Positions 26,070 through 40,074 of a stretch of DNA of 64,000 nucleotides are shown one piece after another; position 1 is the stretch's first letter, and every line of letters starts with the position of its first letter. The DNA is from Octopus vulgaris (lineage: Eukaryota), in contig OX597833.1 in the NCBI GenBank assembly GCA_951406725.2, positions 59,396,001 through 59,460,000 on the forward strand. Reading direction: 5' to 3'. The notes under the pieces were generated by a model, which had not been told where the DNA came from, searched no databases, and saw nothing but the letters and a program-made list of their open reading frames with translations. Position numbers and translations under genes: made by a program.

Positions 26070-26247
26070 CTTTTCTTTCTGTTCATCGGTTTGGTCCTGG
26101 GCGCCTTTGGTTCTGATAGTGTTGAACAAGAAGTTGAACCATCCAGTTTCGCATTAGCCTGGGAAAGGATAAGAGCTCTTTTAGACAAAAGGAAAGGAAA
26201 CATCTGTCCAACTGATGACAATCTTAGGGATGATGGTCAAGACGAAG
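26070..26247 (+). CDS. Nav2-like channel exon: domain II S6 end and start of the II-III cytoplasmic loop
   Basis: tttttctag acceptor, GAAG|gtatga donor; 178 nt, phase 0-1. Encodes LFFLFIGLVLGAFGSDSVEQEVEPSSFALAWERIRALLDKRKGNICPTDDNLRDDGQDE, in frame with the previous exon. Confidence 0.92.
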
Positions 26248-29200
26248 GTATGAAGTTGTTACAAAAAGTTCCTCTTCACTTGTTTAGTTTTACTGAAGTT
26301 TAATTCTAAACGCTTGATGCATGCTTCACGCACGATGCTCTTTTTCTTATATTTTTCTTCACAAATTTTTTCTTTTCTTCAAACAATGCATGATTTGTTA
26401 TATTTTGTTGTATCTTAAGTCTATGCATAACACTTCTTGCACACCAACACTGTCATTATAACTATTGACAACGACTACAAATGAAGACCAACGTAAGATT
26501 TTAAAAATCTAAAGGCACCATTACCACTTCTAGTGAGAAATGCAATCAAAATACATATTGTATTGTTTTCTTTTTTTATTTAAGTTTCTGTTTCAATTTT
26601 GCTTGTGATTTTGTATATATATTTAATAAACAGATCTGTTCAAACTTTCATGTGTTCCAACATGCACATTAGATTGCCAATATGTTTCTCTATGTAAACA
26701 AATGTTTCTGTTATATTTATTATAACCATTTCAAGAACACAGTTCTTGTTCAAGGTGCTTTTGCACTAAAATAGTGATAAAACATTTCTTTTTAATAAAT
26801 GCATATTTTGAAATAAAATTGAGAAACTCTAAAGTAAAATGGTGATAGCTGTTTCAAGCAGTGAAGGAATATCAGAAGTGAATACAAATGTCTGGCAGTC
26901 TAATTCCTATGAATCAACTTAGACTGAAAATATGGTTTTGCTACATTTCCAAAAGGCTTATCATTGGCTGTTTGTTTGTGCTTCTCTTAATATATTCAAA
27001 TATTTATTTTTCTACTCTCAATTCATTTGTTTTTATTTAATTTGAGACAATCGTCTCACTTTCACATTTAATTTGCTAAATATCTAACTTTGCTTCTCTT
27101 ATTTTATCTGCTCCCCATCCCTATCAGATAAAAGTCTCAGATACTGAAAGACATTTGTTGTCTCTGACATAAGATTCTGTCTAACAATCAATTGATGGAA
27201 AATTGTGTTAAAGCGCTTTATATATGTATATACTTATATGTATATTCCTGTTATCCATGCTCAAATATATCTCTAATAATGTATAAACAACTGGGATTGT
27301 GTACCAAAATACAATGTATTTATAGCTTTGTCTATGTAAGAGACTAACTGTAAAATATGACTAAACTAGAGTTTATCTGGAAGTGTATATATTTGAACTG
27401 TATTTGAGTATATGCCAGACATAGGTCAAAGAGGTTTTATTTCATGTGAGGTCTGTATGCTTGTAAAAGATTAGTAAGGACAGATATCCTCAGATTCAGT
27501 AAACAACTTCTTTTATGTATGTCCCAGTCATAAAACCAATTTATGCATAACATGAAATGCATACACCAATAACATAAACATATATGTGAGTATTGTATGT
27601 ATGCGTAAATAATTGTGTGAATGGCTTGGGGTCAAGATAACTTTCCTGCATGAGTTGGCTGTTCTTTTTGGAGCAGGTGATATAACCCTGTCTTGACCTG
27701 ACAGCAATAGAATAGCTACAACTGAAGTTGTATTTATGACCGAATATCTTTACATACGTTTATGCAAGTGTGGGATGGTTTTGTCATGCATATTTCTTAT
27801 GAAACTATTCTCTGAAATATTGATTCTAACATTTGCACTCAGACACAGAATTCTTGAGGAAGTGGAGAATATAGCAGATTCAATCAGCCCCACCAGACTG
27901 ATCACTTATTTTATCGACCCTAGAATTAAATACTGGGAAACAAAGCATGACTTCTAAATTTCTAGGATTCTATACAGTCAGCTTTGTCTCTGGAATACTC
28001 ATTAGCTTAATAAACTCCTTAAGTTTTATGTGTATGATATATTATCTACAATGCATGTATGCAGAGTAGAGAGAGGAGAATGGTTCAATGACTTCAGATT
28101 TTATAAATAGTATGATAATGAGGATAAAATTTAGTAGTGAATCTCTTCAAAATTATGTATACAAAGCTTATAACTTTAGCACCAACAAAATTAATATTGC
28201 CAAAATTCCAGTTTATAGCATAAACAAATAGTCATTTAGTATGGAAATAAGCTGATTAATTAGTTGCTTGGATTTACATTTTATAAATATTAATATTTTG
28301 GTATTTTTATTTACAATAATTTAATGGCAATTTTTGGTATTTTTCTTTGATATTATGGGAAATGTCTCATCTTTGTAGAATTTTATCAATATTGTTTTTG
28401 TTGTTGCTGTTGCTGGTGGTGGCGGTGGTGGTGGTGGTGGTGAGAATGGTGATGTTGCAGAAATGAGAGATTCATGTCTTATGTTAAGTTTCATTCATGT
28501 GGTGAGAGTTCAAATCACACCCACCAGGATTTATTCTGTTTTCCATCCCACTAATGACCAGTACAAACTCTTGTATTGGATTTATTTGAGTATAAACTTC
28601 TGCAAATATGTAACCATGGGTTGTTGTCATTAAGGTAGATTCTAATCGTTGTCACACATATCCCACAAGTTTGTTATTGTTAACACTAAACCATCCCCTT
28701 TATAGATTATAGTATACAAGACAACTATTAACCCTCCCTTTCACATATTTCCTGCCCTTTTTAAAACCTTAACTCATTTATACATAACTTTTATGTGTTA
28801 CAATAATTCATATATCCTGTTTCAGTGCACATGATAAGGTTTTATACAGAGGAGGTAGCTTTACCACAATCCTTACCACGATCAGTTAATGTTCTATTTA
28901 AATCATAAATTATTTGCATGTGTGAAAGAACTGGTTGTGTGAGGCAAATGTAAAATGATTCTGTGCCGTGTCAGTGAAAGTGGACTGTAAATATAGATGA
29001 TCTGCAATCTAGAAACAAAGAAAATAAAGTTCTGATATGAATGACATGTCCAGCTTCAATTTTGGGAGAGAATCTGAAATTGTTATCATTTGTTTCCTAC
29101 AGGTCAGAGAATCCAGAAATATGAGTGTAGGAAGAAAATAAAACATGAATGACTTGAAACGTGTTTTATTTACTTATTTTCTGCCCCTTTTTGAAACAGG

Positions 29201-29311
29201 GAATGAAGAGCTGATTAAAGTTCATTGTCCTGTATATTTGCATAATCTATGTTTGTTAATATATATATTTGTAGGGATGCTCAGTATTAAATAACATATT
29301 CATACCTATGA

Positions 29312-29356
<45 letters not shown>

Positions 29357-30169
29357 TACATAGACACACATAATGTTTGTTGCATGTGTATCATATTATT
29401 CGATATGTGTGGCTTAATAAGTTAACGTGTGCAAATTTTGGTATACAAGTGTGTACTAGTATGTATGTTTATGCGCATACAATTAGTGATGAGATTTCCA
29501 TATGGCAGTTGTGTATGCATTCTTTGGTATATATTTGCGTGCATGGGTGTTAATCGAACGTGATATTACATTTAGTTCAAATATTGTACACATGTGTATA
29601 TTTCGCTGTATGTCAGTACATGTATTGAATGTACAATCAGTTCTGATTGTAGAAGAATAAAAACTATATGTATAGCCTACCCTGCTGACCCCTCTTGTGC
29701 TGTTGTATATACTGCTGTGTTCTTTCTTGTGATATTTTGCATATCTTCTTCATTTTCCATTAACAATCTCAGAGCATTTTTGTCTTCTTGCTGCATCTAA
29801 TGCTACTGGCCTCATGCTCTCTGTTCCTCTGCTAACTGCCTCTCTTTCTGGCCAGTTTTCACACTAGCTTGCAACATATCCGCTCGTGTTTGCATCTGAA
29901 GCCATGTCATTTCTTGTTGCTTCTTGCTTTGCATTGTTTGGCAACTTTACACTCGCCTTTATATCATGATCTCATTGTCTTGGCTGGAACCTGCTTACAT
30001 GCTGTTTTTGCAGTGCACATATGTTTATAAATCGCAGCATATTTAGCTTCTTCACATCCTTCATGTGAACAGTGTATGAATTTATAGATGTAATCATGTA
30101 TGGGTATATTATATGTTGTAAGTCTATATACATCACACATACAGTCAGAATTAGATGAAAATTAACACT

Positions 30170-30205
<36 letters not shown>

Positions 30206-31268
30206 GAAATACCTCAAAAATATAAACCTCATCTAAAATCTAGAATATATTCAACAATTTTGAACACAGAGGTTCATACATCTAGAAAAATAGAAAGGTT
30301 TTCCTCACAGGAAAAATATTAACCAATACAGCCTTTGATATCCCTCACCCCACCCCCTAACTGAAAACATTTTGTCTAATAAACATTCTACTTCCTGTTC
30401 AAAACTTTAACTAAAAAAATTATCTCGTTAGGCAATATTAATATGATGCTGTTTCGGTTAGAAAACTATGATAACATTTTGCATGATTTGTCCAAAATGT
30501 TGGATTTTTCTGTCTATGATGAAAACTCGTTTTTATGGATAGTGATGATGATGATGATGTATTGTCTGCTATCATTGTTAGCTTGATATCAATATCAACA
30601 AATAAATTTTTAGGAATGTTTCTTTTATTATAGCATGATAATGTTCCTTTGTCCCACAACAGTGAAACTTATAAATGGTCATGCTACAATTTCTATATTT
30701 ATTCAGAAACAGTTTTCAAAAAATATTAAAATGTGTTAGTCATATCAGCCAGCTCTGTGCTTTAACACTGATATTTTGTTGTAAAGTGTTTGCTATAATT
30801 TCTGAAAATACAGCTCCATTTTGTAGCTTGTTTAATTTGTGTGATCGCAAGTGAGATTAACTTCAAGGACTTCTGGATTTAACCTCTGAACTCTAACTTT
30901 GATCTCCACCTTGGAACTTTAAATTGGATTGCTGCCTGGATTACATTGGATGTCTTTTTAATGCTTTTTAACTTACAGGACAATCTACCGACTATTTACA
31001 ATTTAGAGAATGCATCAATATGCTTGACATATTGATGCTTGGTATCAATAGGCTTGAAGAAACCTAAGCATTAGCTTCATTATCTACTCAACATAATCTG
31101 CTATTTTATCTTCAAGTTTGGCTATTTTCCTAATTCAAGTGAATTGGGTCAGAAGTAACAAACTTAGATTTACAAAAGTAAATGACACTTAGAGAAAGTG
31201 ATTACAAGTAGGTTAAAACAGTTCCTTTTTTATTTACAGTATCATTAATGCATGAAATATATATTAAA

Positions 31269-31270
<2 letters not shown>

Positions 31271-31352
<82 letters not shown>
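31271..31352. repeat. (TC)n microsatellite
   Basis: Directly visible. Confidence 0.97.
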
Positions 31353-31356
<4 letters not shown>

Positions 31357-31956
31357 ATTCCATTAATCATGTAACAATTAATGAATCTCAATTAAACTTA
31401 CAGCCTTGCCTTTTTAAAATGATATCCTGATAACATTATAACTGTGAACTGTTTCATTTTCAAATATTAAATATATTTGATTGTAAAACTTTTTTAATTT
31501 TTGTTAGGTAAAACATAAAAAGGTTTGTCACTTTGATAATGGTCATTTTTCTTATAATAGACACTCCTAGACATTCAAAATTGCATTGATACAACTTCTG
31601 GTATAGTTAATCCTCCTCAGGATTGACAATGACTTTCTGTTTGTGTTGACTTCATCTTGTCAATAATACAATATGTATCAATACTATTTCTTGTTCACTG
31701 ATAACTTTTTCATAGTTCTTTCAGAATCTTTGGTTCAATCTCTTTCAATTACAACTTTTACTCAATAGAACAAAATTTCAGTGATGTGCAGACATGGTTG
31801 CACAGTTAAGAAGTTTACTTCCCAACCACATGGTTTTGGGTTCTGTCCCACTGTGTTGCACCTTGGGCAAGTGTCTTCTACAATAACTCCAGGCCAATCA
31901 AAACCATGTGAGTGAACTTGGTAAATAGAAACTAAAAGAAACCCAACATATATATA

Positions 31957-32372
31957 GGCGCAGGAGTGGCTGTGTGGTAAGTAGCTTGCTAACCAACCAC
32001 ATGGTTCCGGGTTCAGTCCCACTGCATGGCATCTTGGGCAAGTGTCTTCTGCTATAGCCCCGGGCCGACCAATGCCTTGTGAGTGGATTTGGTAGACGGA
32101 AACTGAAAGAAGCCTGTCGTATATATGTATATATATATAAGTGTGTGTATATGTTTGTGTGTCTGTGTTTGTCCCCCTAGCATTGCTTGACAACCGATGC
32201 TGGTGTGTTTACGTCCCCGTCACTTAGCGGTTTGGCAAAAGAGACCGATAGGATAAGTACTGGGCTTAAAAAGAATAAGTCCCGGGGTCGATTTGCTCGA
32301 CTAAAGACAGTGCTCCAGCATGACCGCAGTCAAATGACTGAAACAAGTGAAAGAGTAAAAGAGAGTAAAGAG
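31957..32372 (+). mobile_element. SINE family A, full length, inserted in the (TA)n of an older related SINE (~31788-32640)
   Basis: Full head-to-tail match to 3451-3840; (ta)n on both sides. Confidence 0.9.
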
Positions 32373-32858
32373 TATATATATATATATGTTTATACATATG
32401 TGTGAGGGCATGTATGTTTGTGTCTCCTTGTTTTGAAATAATTTGATTGTTGTAAACAAATGTCATTCATTTCCAATACTCTGCAAAAATCTGTCTGGCC
32501 ATGGGAAAACATTATCTTGCTTGGAAACAAATAAGGACTGGTAAAAGGAACGGCATCCTGCTGTAGTCAATCTGCCTCACTAAACTTTGTCTAATCCACT
32601 CAAGCATTTGGAAAAATGGAGATTAAAATGATGATCATCATCAGTTATAATATTGTAGAGCCTTTCTAAACTACAAGCTATTTTCTTTGGTTAGTAAATT
32701 GTCTTCAATCCTTGTCACACTGTCAATATATCAATCTTTTCATCTTTCATAGCTGTCTGCTTCTATACCAGCCACCATTTCCAGTCTATATTCTCCATCT
32801 GACTTGACTTAGTTAACTTTATTCTCTTACGTTTATTTTTACAGATACTTGTTTAACT

Positions 32859-33262
32859 TACTCTCTTTACTTGTTTCAGTCATTTGACTGCGGCCATGCT
32901 GGAGCACTGCCTTTTAGTCGAGCAACTCGACCCCGGGACTTATTCTTTTGTAAGCCCAGTACTTATTCTATCGGTCTCTTTTGCCGAACCGCTAAGTAAC
33001 GGGGACATAAACACACCAGCATCGGTTGTCAAGCGATGCTAGGGGGGCCAAACACAGACACACAAACACACACACGCATATATATATATACATATATACG
33101 ACGGGCTTCTTTCAGTTTCCACCTACCAAATCCACTCACAAGGCTTTGGTCGGCCCGAGGCTATAGGTAGAAGACACTTGCCCAAAGTGCCACGCAGTGG
33201 GACTGAACCCGCAACGATGTGGTTGGTAAACAAGCTACTTACCACACAGCCACTCCTGCACC
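32859..33262 (-). mobile_element. SINE family A, full length
   Basis: Reverse complement of family A; taactt on both flanks. Confidence 0.9.
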
Positions 33263-35329
33263 TATAACTTCTTCATAATTTTAGAAACTTTTATTTCACA
33301 GGTTACATGCTGTGTCCTCGTTGACTGATTGATTTGTCTCGTCATTCTTTTATATTAATAAGATATAGGGAAAGGTATTTTTTTAGGTTTCTCAAAACAA
33401 AACAAGATATACCTCTATATATATATATATATACAACAATTGATCAGTACTGAGATAAATTCAACTAAATCAATGAATATGAATTGTGTTCCATTATAAT
33501 ACTTCACCACAACTGTTGCACATAATCTAATTGAATTCAAAATAGTGGCTTTCTCATCTCAGATATCTCAATCAGCTTTGCTGCATCATTACACAACATG
33601 ATGTTATATAAGACGATAGTTGTGTGACCAGTAGTTAGTTAACTGCATGTGATAGCTGCTCCTTAGTTCTTTAGAACAGTTATGACTATGTTAGAGCATT
33701 AATCAATGTATGGGTATAGTAGTTGCTTATGTGTGTAAGGTATATAGAAATAAAATTCACCTGCAAATAGTTTCCAAATTATGTAGTAACCTTAGCAACC
33801 ATATTGAATAGACACATGAAATAAGCTACATCACACTCACAGATCAAAGCAAGTTCTGTCCTATTTATCCATAAAAATCTGCAGAAGATGCCTAAGCAAT
33901 AATACAAAATGATTTTCTTTCTTTCATCATGTTTAGCATTTTCCTTTCAAATAAGGATTGAATTCCTCTCAAATGAAAAATATTTCTAAGCAACTACAAT
34001 ATCTGTGAATAATCTTCTAAAAAACCGTTCGTATAATTGCTATAAAAACAGATTTATTGGAAACCATTGAAATATTCCTGGCAAGTGACCCATATTTAAA
34101 TGATTTGAAATGTTGCACTGAAGACATGAGACTTAATACAGTCAACACATTACCAGCCTACAATATTCACTTCAATCTCCATTACTAAGATTTTGGTTCA
34201 CTACAATCATACACCAATCATATTGCAAATTCTGATATTTGCCTGAATCGCTGATGCAGATGTGTTTTCAACAACACATTTATGACTCCTTGAAATAATA
34301 ATAGGATCATATGGCAGGTGTGTGACTGAAGTTTTTTGAAAGGTTTTATAACTATATATCTCATAAATTGACCACTGAAGGAATGGAGCAGTGATGGACA
34401 AGAAATAAAAATGAAGAAAATTAAAAAAGGAAATATAAAAATAATACTCTGGCTGTGTGGTGTGAATTGTTCGTTAAGAACATATGGTAACTGTAAAGTA
34501 TGATGGGGAGAGAAGAAAAAGCTTATTAATAACCTTGGTATAGTTGGATCAGAGATCAAAAGGAAACTACTAGCAACCTCTCAGGAAAATATATTTCCTT
34601 CATTTTGTAGCATAACATATTCCTAGTAAATGTAATGGAGTTATTTACACCTCTATTTTTTTTATCACATACCAATATTCAATCATGATAAATGGAAAGA
34701 GAAATCTTTCAATTTTTCACCACATTGGTCAAATCAATGTCTCCTTATTGTGATCAACTCACCATTTAAGTTCAATCTCACCTTACTGCTGACATTTTTG
34801 TAAATTTTTAATTTACTACTGAACTGTTATAGTATATTTTTGGAACTTAACATTTGTTTCAACTTAGTACTTCAAACTCCAAACATTACAAAATACAAAG
34901 TTTATTTCTATACTTTTCACAAGCTTAATTCTATGTAATTTATGTACACATTCTACCTATGTGATGTAATATATTATATCTATGTTTGTATTTTTCTTAT
35001 TCTTGCTAAGTCAGGAGGAAGGAGCAGTGTCCATGGCCATCTTAGACCCTCCAAAACAGCAAACGTCATGGCATTAATGTTCCATTTAAATTGTTGTGGG
35101 GTCAACACCTACAGGAAAGACAGGGTCAGGGAAAAGATTTTAAAAGACTAATGCTCTTGGGTGGAAGGACTAGGCATACTGGTTAGTGTGGGTGGGGCAG
35201 TTGGATGTACCTGGAGTGAAGACATATAGAGAGTAAGTGGGTCAGCGATGGCTAATTGGAAGAGATATGAGACCAGTCAACTCCAATGATCAGAGGCCAT
35301 TAAAGTAATCATAGAAAAGACAGAGGAGA

Positions 35330-35620
35330 CAGCTTACCTGTGAACCTGAGGTTGGAGCATGTCTGTTTACGACTTAAGGTCAATCAGTCAAGTGACCCTT
35401 CTCGGTTGTACTCCAGAATATTTGTTTATTTAGCAGTAGCATTGTCCCAGATGTGGGAGCTGAGCTCCATCATGGGCCTTGTTTGAGCCTTATAGAGTGT
35501 CAACTGACATATTTTCTGACCCTAAAGAAAAGGGCTTTTCTTTGGGATTCAATCCTAACTATATTACAGATGTGGTTTTACTATGAGAAATCCTCAATGA
35601 TAGTAAGGTCCAGCATCTAG
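35330..35620 (-). mobile_element. Degenerate CR1/Jockey-type LINE fragment
   Basis: The minus strand reads LYKAQTRPMMELSSHIWDNATA (LYKxxVRPxMEYxxxxW motif). Confidence 0.6.
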
Positions 35621-35736
35621 AGTGCCCCTTCTCTTGTATTTATATTTATGTAATATGTAATGTATGTATGTAGTGCATCTATGTAATGCAGGTATGTAAT
35701 GTATATACATACATACATACATACAAAATATATATA

Positions 35737-35829
<93 letters not shown>

Positions 35830-35879
35830 TTCTGTTTCCTTAGTGACCTTAGTAGCAGAAGAGAACATTCTGAAAGTAT

Positions 35880-36390
35880 AGTAGCCAGGCTGAGAACAGA
35901 CGGGAGAAAGTTCAGAGACTAATTACTTCTGTATGTTAAAAAAGGCCTGTCTCTCAGAGCAAAAGATAGCTTGTATGGTGCTTGTATATGAACAATAATG
36001 CTACATGGCAGTGAGAGATGGACCCTGAATGTAGAGAATTTATTAAGACTAGAACGTAGTGAAGTGAACATGCTTTGCTCAGTGTGCAATATCAGTGTGG
36101 TCATGAATGATGAAATATAACTATATTGACAGAAAAACTGAGCATAAGCAGAATCAAATGTGTACAAGACAGAATACGGCATTGGTATGGGCATGTGATG
36201 AAAATTAATGAGAGCAAGTGCTTATCGTTTAGTGTGGATGGAACCTAGGAAGATGTTGGATACCTAGGAAGATGCTGACAAAAAAAACAGTGAAGGCTGA
36301 TCTCAGGATGTTGAGCCTCACAGAAGAGATAACAAAAGACTTGGATATTTGGTGATATGTGATGCCCAAGAAGACCTGCCATCACAGTGA
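35880..36390 (+). mobile_element. Degenerate RTE-clade LINE 3' fragment
   Basis: KGLSLRAKDSLYGACI*TIMLHGSERWTLNVENLLRLERSEVNML...WYGHVM, typical of the RTE post-RT region. Confidence 0.75.
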
Positions 36391-37019
36391 AACAGGTTCT
36401 AAAAGTATTATGTATATACACACCACTGTACCCTCATTCAGTTTGTCCCCACCACTTTATCTCCCAATCATTCATTTAAGTATTACATTATTCTTCTGCT
36501 GTAATTAAATGAGAGCAGATCTACATATTTCATCATCTTTCTGTGCTATTAGTTATCTCTTCCTCTCCTCTGTATCACTGCCTTTTGATATCCATCCCTC
36601 AATCGTTTCCCTGCCCCACTTCATATTTTCTATTGTTTACCCTTTCTGTGCAACCAGCTATCTCTCCTCCTACCCTGAACTGCTTCATATTGATACCCAT
36701 ACCTTATTCTTAACATTGTCTCATATCTACAATCAACTACCCTCCACCCTTGTTCACCACCCATATCTCTGACCTCTTCCACTTCTATCATTATATGTCT
36801 CTCATTCTCCCACTCTTGCCCTCTTTACTCACCCATCCCTGCCTGCCATAGCCCTATCTCTCATCTTTCCTCCTTTACCTACTGTTTTATTATTATTCTG
36901 CTACTCTTCATCCTTTCTCTAATGCCAGTCATCACCTCCTCACCCTTGAGTCACTTCTATTGATATCCATTCCTCATTCTTATCATCTTCCTTCAACTCA
37001 TATTTACCATCACCCCGAC

Positions 37020-37335
37020 TGCCTCCGTGCCAGTGGCACGTAAAAAGCACCATCCCATTGTGGCCGTTGCCAGCCTCTGTGCCGGTGGCATGTAAAAAGC
37101 ACCATCCGATCATGGCCGTTTGCCAGCCTAGTCTGGCACCTGTGCCAGTGGCACGTAAAAAGCACCCACTACACTCATGGAGTGGTTGGCATTAGGAAGG
37201 GCATCCAGCCATAGAAATATTGCCAGATCAGACTGGGCCTGGTGCAGCCTTCTGGCTTCCCAGATCCCAGTTGAACCGTCCAACCCATGCCAGCATGGAA
37301 AGTGGACGCTAAACGATGATGATGATGATGATGAT
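37020..37335 (+). mobile_element. Family D non-autonomous retroelement with internal gtgcc(a/g)gtggca(c/t)gtaaaaagcacc repeats and (GAT)n tail
   Basis: Three internal repeats at ~37027, 37079 and 37141; related to 3972-4275 and ~37695-37887. Confidence 0.8.
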
Positions 37336-37888
37336 ATTCCTCCACCCCTTCCTTCACCGTTCACTGCATTTACCCCTACATTCTTCTCTAACCATCCTTT
37401 ACTTACCTCACAGACTCTTTCAACCTTTACTCACCTGCTCTCCCTTCCTGATCTTCTCTCCTACATTCTCTTCTATTCACCTTCTTATCCCTTGAGGGCA
37501 CATTCTGACTCCTCACCGTTACCATCTTTATCTCCTTCAGTTACTTCACCCACACTTATACAATGTAAGGCAACCACATAACTCCTCTACACCAACAAAA
37601 CTGTTCTTGATCTTTCTTTCATTCTCTAACAAAGCCGCCTCCCATTCTGCTGTACCCCCACTCAGTTGAGGGGCTTTTTCGTGAGGATCTCACTTATAGT
37701 GGTGCCATGAAAAATACCCCAGTACAGTTTATAAAGTGGTTGGCATTAGGAAGGGCATCCAGCCACAGAAACCATGCCAATGGAGACATTGGAACACAAC
37801 ACATCTTCTGACTTGTCAGTTCATGTTGAACCAGCCAACCCATGCCAGCATAGCAGATGGATGTTAGAGGATGATGATGATGATGATA

Positions 37889-37942
<54 letters not shown>

Positions 37943-40074
37943 GAGTTCAAAAAGAGGACATTTTTTGAATGGTATTTTACTGATGGTTACAAACATTGTA
38001 TAACAATTTCTTTTGATGCCCCCACAGAATGCTTCTTAATTCATTCATGGTTGCTATCATAGGTCTAGGGCCATCACCTTTACTATATAATAGTATACCC
38101 CTATATTTATAGATGAAAAGCATCTCATCATAATACATCAGAGAATCATTCACAAAATTAATTAGTCATGTATCATGGACACAACTTTCCCTGATTCCAT
38201 GAACTAGATGTATCAAATCCCTTTCTTTTTTATTAGAACTGTTTCAATTTTCTGTATATTTATTTTTCTTTAAAAGCTGTTTGTGACAACTGTGACACAT
38301 GGTGCTGAAGAAGATGCAACCACCTGTGCAAGATTGGCAAAGTGAATGCAAAATTGTTAGTAATGGTGGAGGTTGAGAGACAATATATATATTTCTTATC
38401 GACTCCCACACACACATATCTGCAGTCAAGTCTACATCTACTGCATATTTGGAATTCTCTCATCTCCCCATCACACATTTCTCAATCATTTGTGCTGCCT
38501 GATACAGTACCTACCAGTATTCAATCTCGCTACCAATACCTTATCGTGAGGCCTGGGTATAAGGGAGTGCATTGGACCTGCCTCTACCACTACTCTCAAC
38601 TATTACCCTTTTGCTACTGTAATTCATTAATCATAACATTTATTCACCATGTTGACCACATTGTCTTGAGTACATATATTAGTGTAATAAAGATTCTTTA
38701 ATCTTACATTGTACAAGGTGACCTTCTTGTGCTGGTGCCATATTTAAGTGCACCCTACACACTTTGTGAGGTTGCTGGCAAATGTGCAGAAAAGCATAGA
38801 GTGAAGAAGACCTTTTAGCTTTATCATGTGAAAAACATGAAAACTTCATTAGTGTTGGTGCCATGATAAAACACACCTAACACATTCATATTTTTCCCAT
38901 CCAAATGATTTTGAAGACTGCAGAATAAATGATGATCAGATGGTGGATATGGTGCAAAAAGGTGCAAATTAACAGAGTAAGTATAGGGTTGAGAGGATCC
39001 TTTAGTTTTGTCTTATTAAGGACATAACAAACTCTAGAGCTGGTTCTATGATAAAATGCACCCAGAGTGTTTTGTAAAGTGATTAATGATAGGAAAGGTT
39101 GCAACTGCAGAAACCAAGCCTAAAGTACATGTGTGACATGGTCCTGTAATCTATCTAGGAGAGTAGTAACTCTTGATAAAAACTGACTTGGACTTTGACA
39201 ACCTGTCAAACCCATTCCTGTATAGAAACAGAATACAAAATTATGGTAATGATATGTATGAGATTCCATAATAGTTGGTATTTAATCTTCCAAACCCTTC
39301 TAAATATCCTTCACTACAGTGACACAACCTGGGTTTCATCAACCCTAGCTGAGTCACCTGGTGAGGGTGTTTGACATTGAAAGATCTGAAACACTTATGA
39401 CACCAGAAAACATTATTGATGATGTTCTTTAGGTGCATCACAAAATAATGTATAGTAAAACTATACCATCACATTAATTTAGTTATCTGGGGTTTTTTTT
39501 ATGTTTCCAGTTTTAAACATCTGAACTAATGGTCACTTTTACTATTTTTATTAATTTAAAACCTTAATGTATTGATGAGTGACTCTTTCACAAGTTGTAT
39601 CTTTGTGCAGCTCAGCTGTAACTCACTTACTTTCTTCACTCACACTTGTCTTCCAGAGTTTTACTATTCCATCTTTGATTCACCATGTCACTTAAATAGA
39701 ATGTGAATTCACAAGTCAATCATAAACTGGTCATATTACAACTTGATGTGTGAATGTTGTGTCTATTAGTTTCTTTATGTCTTCCTAACCAGGCAATTTT
39801 TGTTGCAGTGTTGCAGTGAGTATAAGAAATATTTTAGATTTCTTTTTGTTCATATTCTTTCGATCTTTTCACTGTTGTTTCTTTATTGTCATGAGGTTAT
39901 ATATTTCAAATTTTATTCTCTGATTTTTTGACTTTTCATTAATACTTCTGGTTAGCTTCATCAATCTCAGTTGAAATTCTAAATTTTGTTGTCCATTTAA
40001 AGAAATTTATGTGTAGTTTATTTATGTATCTGCATATATATGCCTATATACATACATACATACATACATTCATA

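Noticed and set aside
30979-31041. Possible phase-1 exon (GQSTDYLQFRECINMLDILML)
   Set aside because: Good acceptor but weak donor (TG|gtatca) and no homology support.
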